The notes beneath the pieces are model-generated. The model ran no database searches, was not told where the DNA came from, and saw only the letters and a program-made list of their open reading frames with translations. Position numbers and translations under genes: made by a program. A DNA stretch of 64,000 bases, taken from positions 1,245,793-1,309,792 of the forward strand of contig NMRA01000004.1 of assembly GCA_002633005.1 (NCBI GenBank), in the 5' to 3' direction. Origin of the DNA: Phoronis australis (taxonomy: Eukaryota > Animalia > Phoronida). Position 1 is the first letter of the stretch. Every line of letters starts with the position of its first letter. Below are positions 23,628 through 35,681 of this stretch, piece by piece.

Positions 23628-26066
23628 TTAAAGATTCAGTTTTTAATGTGTGTTTTTTATTTGACACAGAACACTCAGTTTGGAGCGCAGATGTAATTTT
23701 CAACAGGACTTAATTGATATTCCCAACGTACTTAACCAATGCGGGGTTATATTTTGGTTCCAATAGAGGACCCAGGAGGGCATGTACTATGTCCATCGTT
23801 ATAGTAATTCCAAAATATTCCACATAAACTACTTCAACAATAATATCAAACAAATATTTATTTTAAAATGTGCTTTTCTATAGAATAAAAGATTTTTATT
23901 TTCGCAGTACAGATGTGGATGTCTTACCGCTGAAAGGAGAGGTTTCAGTATTTTCATTCATGTTGAGTAACGTTTTTTTATTTGTTTACATGTGCTCTCC
24001 CATGCGTAGAGGATGAAATGCATTTTTTCTCTTGTGTTCTTTAAACTGATTTCAGAACACGTTATTGTCAGATGTCTTCGGTGAGCTAGGAAGATCTATT
24101 CAAAATTGGCTTATTTTCTTGTTGGCAAATACCTCTGTGATTAAAGTAGTTGCCATTTTATAGCGCATTTCTCAGGCGAAAGAGACGTTGTCTACTATAC
24201 TGGTGAGTGTGAAGATTATTCTGCTTTTGTTGTATAACAGTATTGACTACTTAGTACGTTCGACCTATCGCAGCTCCGCCCCGTTGCAAAAAGTCGACAA
24301 ACAAACAATAAGTTTTACCCGGCAACGTGTTGTTTGTCGGGTAAAATGGCGGCTTGGAAACGAATGTGTGTCAGGAATACTGCGTTCTGATTGGTCTGTT
24401 AATCCGTCATTCAAAATCCTGGCAATAGGTCAGTTGCTACATGATTGATTGTTACATAAACTCGGTTTGTCATTTTTGTTCACCTTTTGTGAGCGTATTG
24501 ATAAGCTTAACCAGCGAATCGAAACTATGTCACGGTGAGTAGAAGCTAGGTTAGAAAAGTATAAAAAGTTGAGTACTGCTTCCATTACTAAGGTGCCCAC
24601 TACACTTCTGAAAATTGACGATCCTCTCAAGCATGTACCCACCAATTAAGGTGAGTCAATTTTGATTGTCTCATCGTTTGCCTTATTCCCTTTCAGTAGG
24701 GATAGTGTAATTTCTGAATGCAGTAATAACAATTATGGCGAGTTCACGATGTGATCATGTTCAATGCCCGTCTCGTGTGCACTCTAATGCACAACATGTA
24801 AGATGTGTCACATTGGTCAAAACGAGGTAAAACGTGTGATTAGGCAAGATCTGGCGAGATTTCCGTGTCATCCGCGACAAAACACGATTTCTGAGTAAAA
24901 CTTGATGCAATGAAATACTTTTGATTGAGGTGTTGTTAATAAACAGCTATTTACTAGAAAAACTGATTTTGTGGCTGGACCTCTCCCAACCACGCCTCCT
25001 TTCTGTCAAACATGTCGTGAAAATTGTGTGTTGGCTCAAAAATAGTACGGCAAAGTGACAGTTTACGAGAACAGGAAGCAGAGAAAGTAATCAAAAGTAG
25101 AAATTGTCGCTTTGGATGCCCGAAATTAGAGCATAATGTCATGCAAATGATCTGGTTACATGTGGAGATAACCTCACGCATGTAAGACAATACGCTAGTA
25201 TTGGCTTACAGTGAAGTAAATGGGGTTCCACTTACCATTACACAATGGAAAAATCAGCAATACAAGTATCTCTTTAAAACAAAATTTAGGTGTTTATGGA
25301 TAGCTGATAACCCCATTGTTTGGTGGTAAATAAAAATCCTAGGACACGTTTTTCCATTGGTCATAGACTGTGAAAATGAAGTGCGCTAAAGACTTGCCAA
25401 AGGCATTGACAACCGAAAAGCCTGAAAATGGCCTATCAAAATGTTCGAAGTAGTTGAATTTGTCTCAAATAATCCCAGCATTTGGCACAAAAAGCGCTTT
25501 TTGTGTTTAGAATTGTCTAGAGTAGTTTATAATAAATAGTTATCACTTTATGTAATAAAAATTCTCGAAGGTTGACATTTCTTTTAGTTACAATTAACTA
25601 TAATAAACAGAAAAAAATAATTTTGTCCGAGATTGTTAAAAAGTACATCAGCTCAAATTACTAATGAGAAGTACATGCGACCTTGTTTATCTCCTCACGT
25701 TCGGGACCTCGAAAAAAGCGACGACTTATCTGAATGGCGACATTATATCGTGAATGCATGGCAGTAACAAAAATCTCCGTGGTCGACTTACGATTCTGTA
25801 GGGAAAAGGAACGACATGTAGTTACAAACGGCTAATGTAATTTTTGTGTTCTTAATTTCATTTCAAACGTCATCAAGAACATGAAAATGGTACTTAAAGA
25901 CTTTATTTCCTTTATATTCTCCAATTTAGAACTCAGGACGAGTTTCATCAGTCGAAGAAAGATATCACTAAAACTCATAACTTTCCGCTCGGTTTGTGTT
26001 TGCCTTATTTTACTGTCATTTTTAAAATGGGCGGGTTTCCGTGGAAACCTCATTACATAAAGCGAC

Positions 26067-26676
26067 AGTCGAGTACTCGCTGGTTCCCGACGTGCCTAGC
26101 CAGCACGCAGGTATCACGCAGTAGCACGCGCTTTAGCATTGGTTGGTGTAACCTCGGCAGTCATTGGTTAGTTTTACAAGAACGTTAAAAAACGGCGGAC
26201 TATGAACGTTTTTTAGCCTTCTCATGCAAGTGGCGTAGCAGCAACTATTTCGTTTCTGCAGTAATGTTTAATAGCCGCGTGCTGAAGCAAACGTGTACAA
26301 TAAACACATATCTGGCCGATTTAACCGGTGCGGTGTTATTCATACTGTATGAATACAGGCCAGTATCGTAAACATATATGAAAGTCATCGACAGTAGAAA
26401 GATGCACTCTGAAAAGGCGCAACCACAATTTCTGGGATTCAGATTTCCTGAACATAAATTTTAAACACCAATTTGTCTGTACAACAGACCACATTTACAC
26501 TTGCTCCATTAGTCATGCCTGCCAGTTTGTTTGCGTAAAGCGTTGCCTGTTGAGAATTTGACCAGCCAATCAGAAACGCCGGTGTAAAAAATTGCCGAGG
26601 AAAATTAAGTGATACCTGCGGGCTGGCTACCGACCACCTAGCGGCACGCACTGAACCAGTCGAGCAGTCGAGTACT
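26067..26676. mobile_element. Old MITE with ~35-bp degenerate TIRs
   Basis: tcgagtactcgctggttcccgacgtgcctag versus the right-end reverse complement tcgactgctcgactggttcagtgcgtgccgctag. Confidence 0.5.
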
Positions 26677-26940
26677 AATAATGCGTGAGTCAGCTGTCAC
26701 TCACTACGGCTGCCATTTTAGGTGGTGGTCCACCACTAAAAATACAATTATACTAAGAAATTCATACTAAAGTCAGTTAAGTTTGAAGATATTCGGATTG
26801 GTATTCAATGAGCATCATTTGGGTTTCCGTTTCGACTGAACTAACTTGCGTTAAATCCCTTTGTATAAAGCGAAAAGAGTATCTTCAACGGATTTTTGTT
26901 GAAGAGCGGCCAATGGCATGACAGTATGCTGTTATCTATA

Positions 26941-27430
26941 TAGACAATGACCATCGTCTCTACTATCACCGTCAGTAGAGACGATGGAGCTCCTATAGGC
27001 GCTTTATATGCCGTCGAGGTGTTTAATTCTTTCCAGCTCGAACAAATACTCAGTAATCAAACTTTTTTTTTGAGCAGTCCCTTGTTCAGTTTCCAAAATC
27101 GGTAACTCGCCATTTGTAACACTGTCCGCGGCAGGTGGTATAACGTCAGATCCTCCGGCGTGCGCAGTGTGAAAATGGCGAGTTACCGATTTTGGGACTG
27201 CTCGTAGAAAAAGTTTGATAACGAGAGTATTTGTTCGAGTTGGAAGAAATTAAATACCTCGATGGCCACCTAAGGTATTCCTCTATGCGCAAATGGTATT
27301 TATAACAACGTGACTTTGATGTTTTAGTCAGTGTGAGGCATAATTCTCTGAAAAGTTTCCGGCGTATGAAACGCTTATAGGAGCTCTACCGTCCTTCTAG
27401 CGGTGCCGGCAAGACGGTGATTACTGTTTA
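26941..27430. mobile_element. Fold-back (Mutator-like) MITE in the NPF RPR/F intron
   Basis: ~185-bp imperfect inverted arms around a ~40-nt loop, with a ~95-bp extra segment in the right arm. Perfect 9-bp TSD TTATCTATA (26932-26940, 27431-27439). Confidence 0.85.
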
Positions 27431-27625
27431 TTATCTATAATGAAGGAATACTTCAATATCGATCCATGTAAAAGGAATCAAATAGTTCCAAAACTAGTCA
27501 CTATTCTCTTATGATTTTTTTTCGAACCGATCCTGTTAACAATATAATTACCTCGGAAAAGCCTGATCACGCAATTACTAAAACTAGCGTGGTTACGGTC
27601 TAAACAAATAACAAGATCTACCCAC

Positions 27626-27807
27626 CTAGGTCTCCCAAGTATCGAATAGTAGTTGCTTAAACTTTTCAGGTATTTTTTTAGTTCTGCTGTACTGGAGAAT
27701 ACTGTTGGCCGTCGAGGAGGGGAAGGCATCTGGTCGCCGCAGCTGACTTGGTAAACTAGCGTAGTAAGTGCTACTGTTAAGATTGATAAGGTGATATACG
27801 TCCGCAT
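27626..27807 (-). CDS. NPF: Neuropeptide F/Y precursor, first coding exon (exon 27840-27626): signal peptide plus most of the mature peptide
   Basis: MRTYITLSILTVALTTLVYQVSC-GDQMPSPPRRPTVFSSTAELKKYLKSLSNYYSILGRPR. Hydrophobic signal peptide, PxxP, and Tyr at positions 10 and 17 from the peptide C-terminus. Acceptor tttctttcag; donor AG/gtgggt splits the last Arg codon (phase 2), the conserved NPY/NPF intron. Confidence 0.96.
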
Positions 27808-28675
27808 GGCTGGTCTTGTATTCCACTGGTTCCTACTGATCTGAAAGAAAATCACAAAAGAATAATGAATACAGACTAGAGTAAAAGGTCGATTCAAACC
27901 ACCATTAGTTTGTTTTCTTGAACATTTAGCTACTGAGCCTGGTGAACGAAAAACGGCGCAAAATGTGAATAATGCGAGGCCCGCCGGTGCGATGAAGTTG
28001 TTTTCATCGATAACTGTATTTTTCAGATCGCGTAAGTTTCAGAAAGTGCACAAATAAAACATGTCTTTGCTACTACATAGAAACTCACATATTTTTACCC
28101 ATTCGGTGCGATGTGTCACGAAAAACACGATATGGTCCATCACTTATTGAAGCAAAACGTAGCAGGTAACTCCATACTTGGTGCATAGACCAAACAGTGA
28201 ACTGTATTATTCTGAGGGATTCGTATTTTTAATACAGAAATAATGATATATTAATTCTATTTGCCGCTCCGATTCTTTTATTTTTAGAAAATAAATTGAA
28301 ACGAAAGTGTGAAGAAAAGGAAAACAAAAACAGTGAGTTGACACTGGTGGCTGTGCCGGCGATAGCCATGACCTTGGCGCAGATGAACATTATTTTGTTT
28401 CAAATGTTTAAGTAGTATAGCCGCAGTTAACAAGGGTTAATTAACTAAAACATGGTTGTAATCCCATTAAACAAATTGGCTCTGTTCTGAATTGCAGGGT
28501 TTCAAATATACAGATACGTTAAACCTTAAAACGGAAACTCGTCTCATATTTTCAAAAAGCGGCAATAAAGCCGCGTTTCGTCGACGAAACTGACTTTTGA
28601 TTTAGACTATTTACCGCTATGACGTTGGTCTCAACTTGTTCCTTACTCACGTGACAACAGAGCAGCCACAGTCCC

Positions 28676-29450
28676 CCTGTATAATCCGCAGGTGCGTACT
28701 CATTACAGCGTCAGTCTTTTCTCATCAACGCCATTCTTTTGTGAGCTGTGATTCTTTTCTCACCAATCGCAGTCCGATTTTAATTTTCTCAATTCTTTTC
28801 TCATCGACCGTGTTTTGTTTCCGAAGAAAGGACCCTTTTCTTCCAATCAATTGTAATTTTGTGGGACTTTTACGAGTTGACTTACTCGGTAGTTAGAGGT
28901 CGCTTTATTCGTAAAAACGAGATTGAATGCACAATATAATACATAAAGATGATTTGTGCTAATAATTTTGAAATACTACAGCGAGTCGTTTTAAACGTCT
29001 GAAGTGAGTTCGAGGTTAGCATTGCGTTTCTCCAGTGAGCGGCAGTTCATTTGATACTATAAAATGGTGGAAGAGTACAAACGATGCGATTCTCGAGCAC
29101 AAAACAGTCTCGTGTCAAATATTAAAATTTGAAGTTTTTGTAAACGAAGCTGTCATTAATAGCATGAATATGAGATATTGGAGAGTGACACTTGTGCTTT
29201 ATTATGTCTTTTATTTCAGTCATTTTGACTGTAGGCCTACGAGTATAGTACCATTCTGCGGAGCGTGAGAAAAGAACTGTGTTTATGGACAAAGGGCTGT
29301 TTTACAATCTGTTCAATGCAGTTAAAGAGAAAAGAACTGAGATTACAAGAAATGGGTTGCGGTTGATGAGAAAAGAATTACGGCTCGAAAGAAAAGAATT
29401 GCGTTAACGAGAAAATGACGCTGTTAATGAGAACGCCCGTGCGGACAGTG
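28676..29450. mobile_element. Non-autonomous element with long TIRs built from TTCTTTTCTC sub-repeats, in NPF intron 1
   Basis: 28685-28810 is the imperfect reverse complement of 29320-29445. Confidence 0.75.
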
Positions 29451-30036
29451 ACAGAGGGCGATTGCCAGACCTGGAGAAGTGAATTTTGACGTAGCACAGA
29501 ACTGACAGTGTGTTATTGCTGGAGACCATTATGAGCGAATACACGCCGTGAAAAGTCAAGTTGTGGAAGTTTGTCTCGAGAAATAACCAACTATCAGCTC
29601 TTTACAAGCACATAACTCACACCTGTTTTGACTAAGAGGATAATTGAAGACAAACGTTTAACCTGGGTAAATGGTTTAAACCAAAAGTTGTTTTTTTTTT
29701 CGTGACGGAAGGTTTGTTTATCGCTCCTTTGACAGGAGAAAAATCACGCACTAAAAATATACAAGACTGTAATGATAGACAAAAGCAGTCAGGATACATA
29801 TAACATTATGCACTGTTTGCAACAAATCTCAAACATATACAATGTAGCAACGACACGGTATGTTCATCACTAAAACTGTATCTATGAAGTCCTCAAGAAT
29901 TGTGCCTGGCAGTACAAATAACAGATTTTGGGAAATACTTGGAAACAAGTACACTTAACAGTTTCCATACATCGCGCACCACACATTAAAATGATACGAC
30001 AACATTTCCGCTACTATATGCGCACACCTGACTTAC

Positions 30037-30170
30037 CTGTAAAAGTGAAAACTTCTGTGTGCTGTACACTTGTCTCGGTCTTTATATACTAAGTCTGCTT
30101 CCTGCACGCATCGCGTAGATACGGGAATTATGGAATCGAACGCGAGCGTCCTAATGACGAGACAACGTCA
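30037..30170 (-). promoter_or_regulatory. Probable NPF core promoter and ~20-nt non-coding first exon
   Basis: TATATAAA at 30088-30081 and a consensus donor CAG/gtaagt at 30037/30036. TGACG (CRE half-site) motifs in both orientations at ~30154-30170. Confidence 0.65.
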
Positions 30171-30822
30171 ACAGTCTTGTTACGCTCGGATTTCTGGATT
30201 GCCATAATAATTAACTGTATCCAGTTGCAATTATGAAAGTAGTTGTGTCAATCTTTTTGAATTGCTGGGCGTGTGTTTACTTAATGACTAGCACTACTTG
30301 ATTTCTCCATCGCTTTTCGATCTTACTTGTAGAAATCAAACGGCGTTTTGTAACTGACCTTTTTGTTTTTCAAAGGCATTGCACGCTGATGACAAAAGGA
30401 GCGGAACGAATGAGGGAGATTTACATTACATTTTGTTTGAAACCCTTTCATGAATTTGATGACGCGGACAGTCTCTTAGGAGGTTCGCACTCATTGCTGT
30501 CTTGTCGTAGTCGTGAAATCGGAAACCAGACCGGCGTTTCAAAAAGAACTCAATTTAAACACAACACACAATCTGCTTGTCTTTTCCGGCCTCAAATGAA
30601 AGTTGACGAGACAAATGTGGCGAAGTACTGCGATGCGAGGTGATAAAAAGGACTCGCTTGTACAGTCAGGTTGGGTGGATTCTATTTTGCATATTGAAGG
30701 CGGCATTAATGAACCGGTGCTTTTTAACATAAACAAGTTTAATTCAAGCCACTTACCCTTATAAGGTTGGTCTTATCTTTTTACATTTCTCGAAGAAAAA
30801 ACAAGTACACACAGTCACGACT

Positions 30823-30825
<3 letters not shown>

Positions 30826-30864
<39 letters not shown>

Positions 30865-30900
30865 GCACACGCACACGCACACGCACACGCACACGCACAC
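30826..30900. repeat. Compound microsatellite (CA)n(GCACAC)n
   Basis: Directly visible, about 0.75 kb upstream of the NPF TATA box. Confidence 0.95.
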
Positions 30901-31839
30901 CTAATACTGCTTGCCACTTAAAAGATAGTTTCGAAGTTACACTTTTTTCTAAAACACTTAATATATATTCACTGTTTATTTCTTCAGATCAAGCTCATAA
31001 ATTTTCAGTACGCGCTTGACCTGAAACTTTATGATCTTCTCAGTTCTGAAAATCATTTCTCAACGGAGAAGGGAACAATTTGACACTACTTTTGTAACGG
31101 TGAGTCGTTTAAAAACTTGTGTTTTTGGAAGAAAGTACGATTATAATGCCGAAATGGTAAAAATACTAAGCAAAACTGAAATGTCACACAATTGATTCAA
31201 ACAACAGTATTTTCGAGATGTGTGTCAGGGTTGTCAGTTATTTTGTCTGATTTTTAAAACAGCACATAAGATTGCACTAAATTCCACTGTATAAAGAAGG
31301 ATGGCAGGGTAGCATCCCGTGCAGCGACTGGGAGGGAGAGTGGCACACACGTCAGAAATTGGTAGCGACTGGAGCGGGGTAGACAAAAACATAGTGACGA
31401 CGTTCCAATAGACGTGGGAGGGTGGGGGGGGGGGGACACAAAATTGNTTGGTGAAGACCGGGGACAAAGGCTAAGCTGTTGTCTTCCACGACGGGCGTAG
31501 AAAAGTTTGGCTACGCCACTGGTTACAGTACGCCTACACGTAGAAGTATATTTACGAGAGCGTGTACTTGTAACTAGTCGCGAGTACAAGTGCACATGCC
31601 CGTACACAATTGTTTACGAATCCTCTGCATTGCAATGCGTATACATTGTAACTCAAGATGTATAACATGAATGTATTTAGGTCCACTGGTATGTATTGTG
31701 GTATATCCGAAATAAATGTGTTATTTAGAATTTTTACATATCTATTTCGCACAGATATACATGCTCGGTTGCGTCAAATCGGGCACTGCCAGCTGATAAA
31801 TGTTATTTTGTATATTAATTCAACAACCTTCTACATGTT

Positions 31840-34464
31840 AAAATAGTAAAAATAGTAAAAATAAAACGACGAGCGTCGGTACTAAAATATATTAAAATAT
31901 TCCCCACGATTCGAGGGATGCACTCTTTGTCAAGCGTATGATACAGACTGCCGAATAGATGGATATCAATAAAATAGCACAGGTGACCGCATGGTGACAC
32001 GCAATAGGCAGCATGAACAGTATTGGTCATTGCAAGTGACAGTGGGGTATGCATGATGAGAGGAAGATCTAAAAAGAAACGAGTATGTAACTACTGGAGT
32101 CTATTTACTACAGACTTGTAGTGAGATAGAACCAGTTATGTCCCCGTTTAGACCTCTGGTGTGAGTATTGAATCTGGCAATGGACTCCGCGGCCTCGCAC
32201 TTTCTCCGTGAGTGGATGTCCGGCAGCCCGCCTTTGACTACAAGTACACTGTGGTCACTGGCAGTGAGGCCCCGGGAGATTCAAATGATGCCCAATGTGG
32301 ACCGCCCTGTTGTGAACGATTGTCTTTCTATGGCCGTTCATTCTCGTGCGTAACGGGTTACAAGTCTCCCCAAAATACCAAATATGAGGACATTTAACAC
32401 ACCTAATCAGATATACAATACCCGCGCTCGAGCTTGAGAACGTGTCCCTGATTTCATACGAGACACCATCACGAATTATCGACCGACTCCTCTAATTTAT
32501 GAGTGCAAGTCAGGCACCTGGGTTTCTCACATCTCACAGAGCCCACCTCTCGGTGATCTATGTACTTATTGAACCTGCTTCTAACTAGGATATTCCTCAG
32601 ATTGGGAGGCTGTCTATAGATCAGACGGGGCCTCCCGGGAAAACCTTAGTTAAATACTCGTCGTCTAACAGCGGACTGAGTTCATCAAAAATCCTATTCA
32701 CACCAGGATGAAAACTATAGTGCTTATTCACCTGGTCCTTGGGGATTTAGAGTTCCCCCCTAGAGATAGATTGTACCTTGGACAGAGTGTCAGAAACCAA
32801 ACGTGGTTCATAAACCCTATCAGCAAACCCAGTGGCCCTGTCTAATTTCTCTACAGAAATCCGCATCGTCGGTGCATACATGTACTATGCGGCGACAGCG
32901 AATGCCCTGGGTGTAAATAATAGACCGTTTAATATGAGGGAAATGGAAACTCTCAGCATGTAAAAACGTATTCCTGTTAGTCGGTTTGTGATACACTTTG
33001 GTATTTAATTTTTTTGCCACACGAAGTCACAACCGTATCCAGAAAATTGATACTCTCATAGGATGACAATAAATCTAACTTCATATTAAAATGAGCGCGG
33101 TTAAGTGTCTCATGGAACTCTGTAAGTGAGTCTTTGTCATGTGGCCATATCATGAAAATATCAGCAATATATCTGACGTTAAGCGATGGACTCAAAGGGT
33201 GGTAACTTAAAAAATGTTCCTCCAGTCTGCCAGAAACAGTATGGCGTATGTCGGAGCAAGCTTATTGCCCATGGCTGTACCCAGTGGTTTGGAGAAAGAT
33301 TTCCGAATTAAACTCAAAAACATTATGATTGAGGATGAAAACCAGGGTCTTACGAAGGTCAACCCCTTAAATAAAACGTTCATTGGCTGGGTAAAATTCC
33401 TCATAACACCTGGCAACAGCATCTACGCCGCCATCCTTATGAGGTATGTTGGTATACAGTTACCTGATATCCATAGTGACCAAAGATTACCCTCAGTATC
33501 GTTAGGCACATTTCTGAGTGTATGAATGAAATCACCAGTATCCGTAACATACGATTTAACACTATTGGCAACAAAATTCAGAAAGTTGGCAATGTAACCC
33601 GAGACATTTTCAGTAAGCGTACCTATGCCAGAGACAATCGGTCTGCCGGGAGTGTTTCCCGGGAGGCCCCGTCTGGTCTATGGATAGCCTCGCAATCTGA
33701 GGAATATTCTAGTTAGAAGCAGGTACATTAACATAGATCATCAAGAGGTGGGCTCTGTGAGATGTCGGTCATTAGTCGTGATGGTGTCTCGTATGAAATC
33801 AGGGACACGTTCTCATGCTCGAGTGCAGGTATTGTATATCTCATTAGGTGCGTGAAATGTACTCATGTTTAGTATTTTGGGGAGACTTGTAACCCGTCAC
33901 ACACGAGAGTTAATGAACGGCCATAGACAAACAATCCTGCACAACAACAGGGCGGTCCCCGTTGGAAACATTTTAATCTCTCGCGCCATACTACCAGTGA
34001 CCTCAATGTACTGGTAGTCAAAGGCGGGCTGCTGGACATCCACTCACGGAGAAATTGCGAGGCCGGGTTCATTGCCAGATTCAATACTCACGCCAGAGGT
34101 CTAAATGGGGATATAGGGGTTCTATCTCACTACAAATCTGTAGTGAATAGACTCCAGTAGTTAAGTACTCGTTTCTATTTAGACCTTCCTCTCGTCATGC
34201 GTACCCTAATGTTACTTGTAATGTTTGTTTGTTTGTTTGTCTGTTTGTTACTTGTAATAACCGGTATTGTCCACCATGCGGTTACCTGTGCGATTTTATT
34301 TATATGTATCTATTCGACAGCGTGTGCCATACCCTTGACAAAGAGCGCATCACTTGAAACGAGGCGAATATTTTAATATATTTTAGTACCGACGCTCGTC
34401 GTTTTATTTTTACTATTTTTACTATTTTATATTCTTATCCATCGGTAACTGCACGAAATTCCAG
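31840..34464 (-). mobile_element. Penelope-like retroelement, 5'-truncated, with an inverted copy of its 3' end (pseudo-LTR)
   Basis: Minus-strand RT remnants PGRPIVSGIGTLTE, GTAMGNKLAPTYA, RYIADIFMIW, INFLD, VYHKPTN..LHAESFH. GIY-YIG remnants GIVYLIRCVKC, YFGET, FIARFNTHARGLN. 31840-32643 is inverted at 33655-34430. A 12-bp direct repeat CTTCTACATGTT flanks it (31828-31839, 34465-34476). Confidence 0.93.
34332..34366 (+). ncRNA. Degenerate minimal hammerhead-ribozyme-like motif in the pseudo-LTR (second copy at 31902-31936, minus strand)
   Basis: Consensus of the two copies is CTTGACAAA-GAG-tgcatcc-CTC-GAAACG: a UUGANAA variant of the CUGANGA core, a short stem II, then GAAA, at the position expected in Penelope pLTRs. 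Confidence 0.55.
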
Positions 34465-35681
34465 CTTCTACATGTTCGTTGTGTTTTCCTCTTATTCGGA
34501 TATTTGCCCGAATCTTGGGTGCAACTGTCCCCGGGCTGCTCCCCCTTCCCGATACGCCAGCCAGTGGCGGTCGTCACCCCGGAAGCCTGTAAATTATTGA
34601 GAAAACGCTTCATATCTCAAAAAGTGGTCAGAAATTTAAAAAGGCGGTACCTTTTTAGAAAGTATTTTGTCAACAATAGCACCTTTTTGAGAGTTTCGGT
34701 TGTGAAAAAATCACCTTTCTGAGCGACACGTCTCGTATACCTCTACTATGAATGTACTCCTGCGGGGAATTTCTCCCATTAGGTTAACTTTCTAGCTGCA
34801 CCTCCATCAAAGTCGAGATACCCCTGTGTGTTAATTAAGTTGCCAGCCAGCTACCTGTTTGAGTTTTAATTGTTTGAACGTAAAACAAATTGTTGATGAA
34901 GACGAGTTTCGTCTCAAGGCTATAATTCCAGCGTACAAAAATACATGAATTTCCGTAGTCTTGCGGGTTAACACCCTGGCCACTTAAATTCGGAAACCCA
35001 AAAATAGGGGAGTGAGCGATTCCTTGAGCAGTGGGCACTTGCATAAAATGTGGCATAAGTCGCGGGTGGGCGATTACCCGAGCAGTAAACGCTTACGTCC
35101 AAACTTTGCAGAAGTGTGGGATGGGCGATTACACGGGCATGGACGTTAACCTCAAGATTACGTTATAAGGCTTTAGTTTTAGGCAATCAAAAACTTAGTT
35201 TGATGTCAACAGATCTGTGCTTGATTTTGTGTTCTGAAATGTTTCTCATCATATTGCAGGTAAGGCACTACTTCATAAACGCCTAAAGCCTGACGCAGTG
35301 CCAAAGAATTTTTGGTGGTCTGAAAAGCCTTCACATTTGAACACCCAGCGTAGTGAAAGGGTACAAGCCCGCCAGAAACAACGGGAATGGTGTGGTAAAC
35401 AACAACGAGGCAGTGACTGTGTCAGATTACAGCCAGATATAGAACTTGATACAGAGACTGTCTTAGCAAAGGTTCCTTCATGACCAGGTAATTCAACAAC
35501 TCAGACAGATACTTTCCAATGTGAAGCTTCCTCACAGACACTGGTACTCTTCCTGTGAAACATATGTTGGCGAGTTTATTTCCGACAACAAAAGACTCCA
35601 GTTCTACACTGGCTCAGACAGCATCAACGTGTTTGACACTGTGTTTTACTCTCTGGGTCACGCGACTGAACTATCTGCATG

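Noticed and set aside
27478-27625. ORF continuation RPRWVDLVICL.. as an RW-ending peptide
   Set aside because: Intron read-through; the GT donor is at 27625 and the real FGKR exon is at 21253.
32168-34084. Paired similar ORFs MNLAM..FLREWMS as duplicated genes
   Set aside because: Antisense readings of the two inverted Penelope endonuclease arms.
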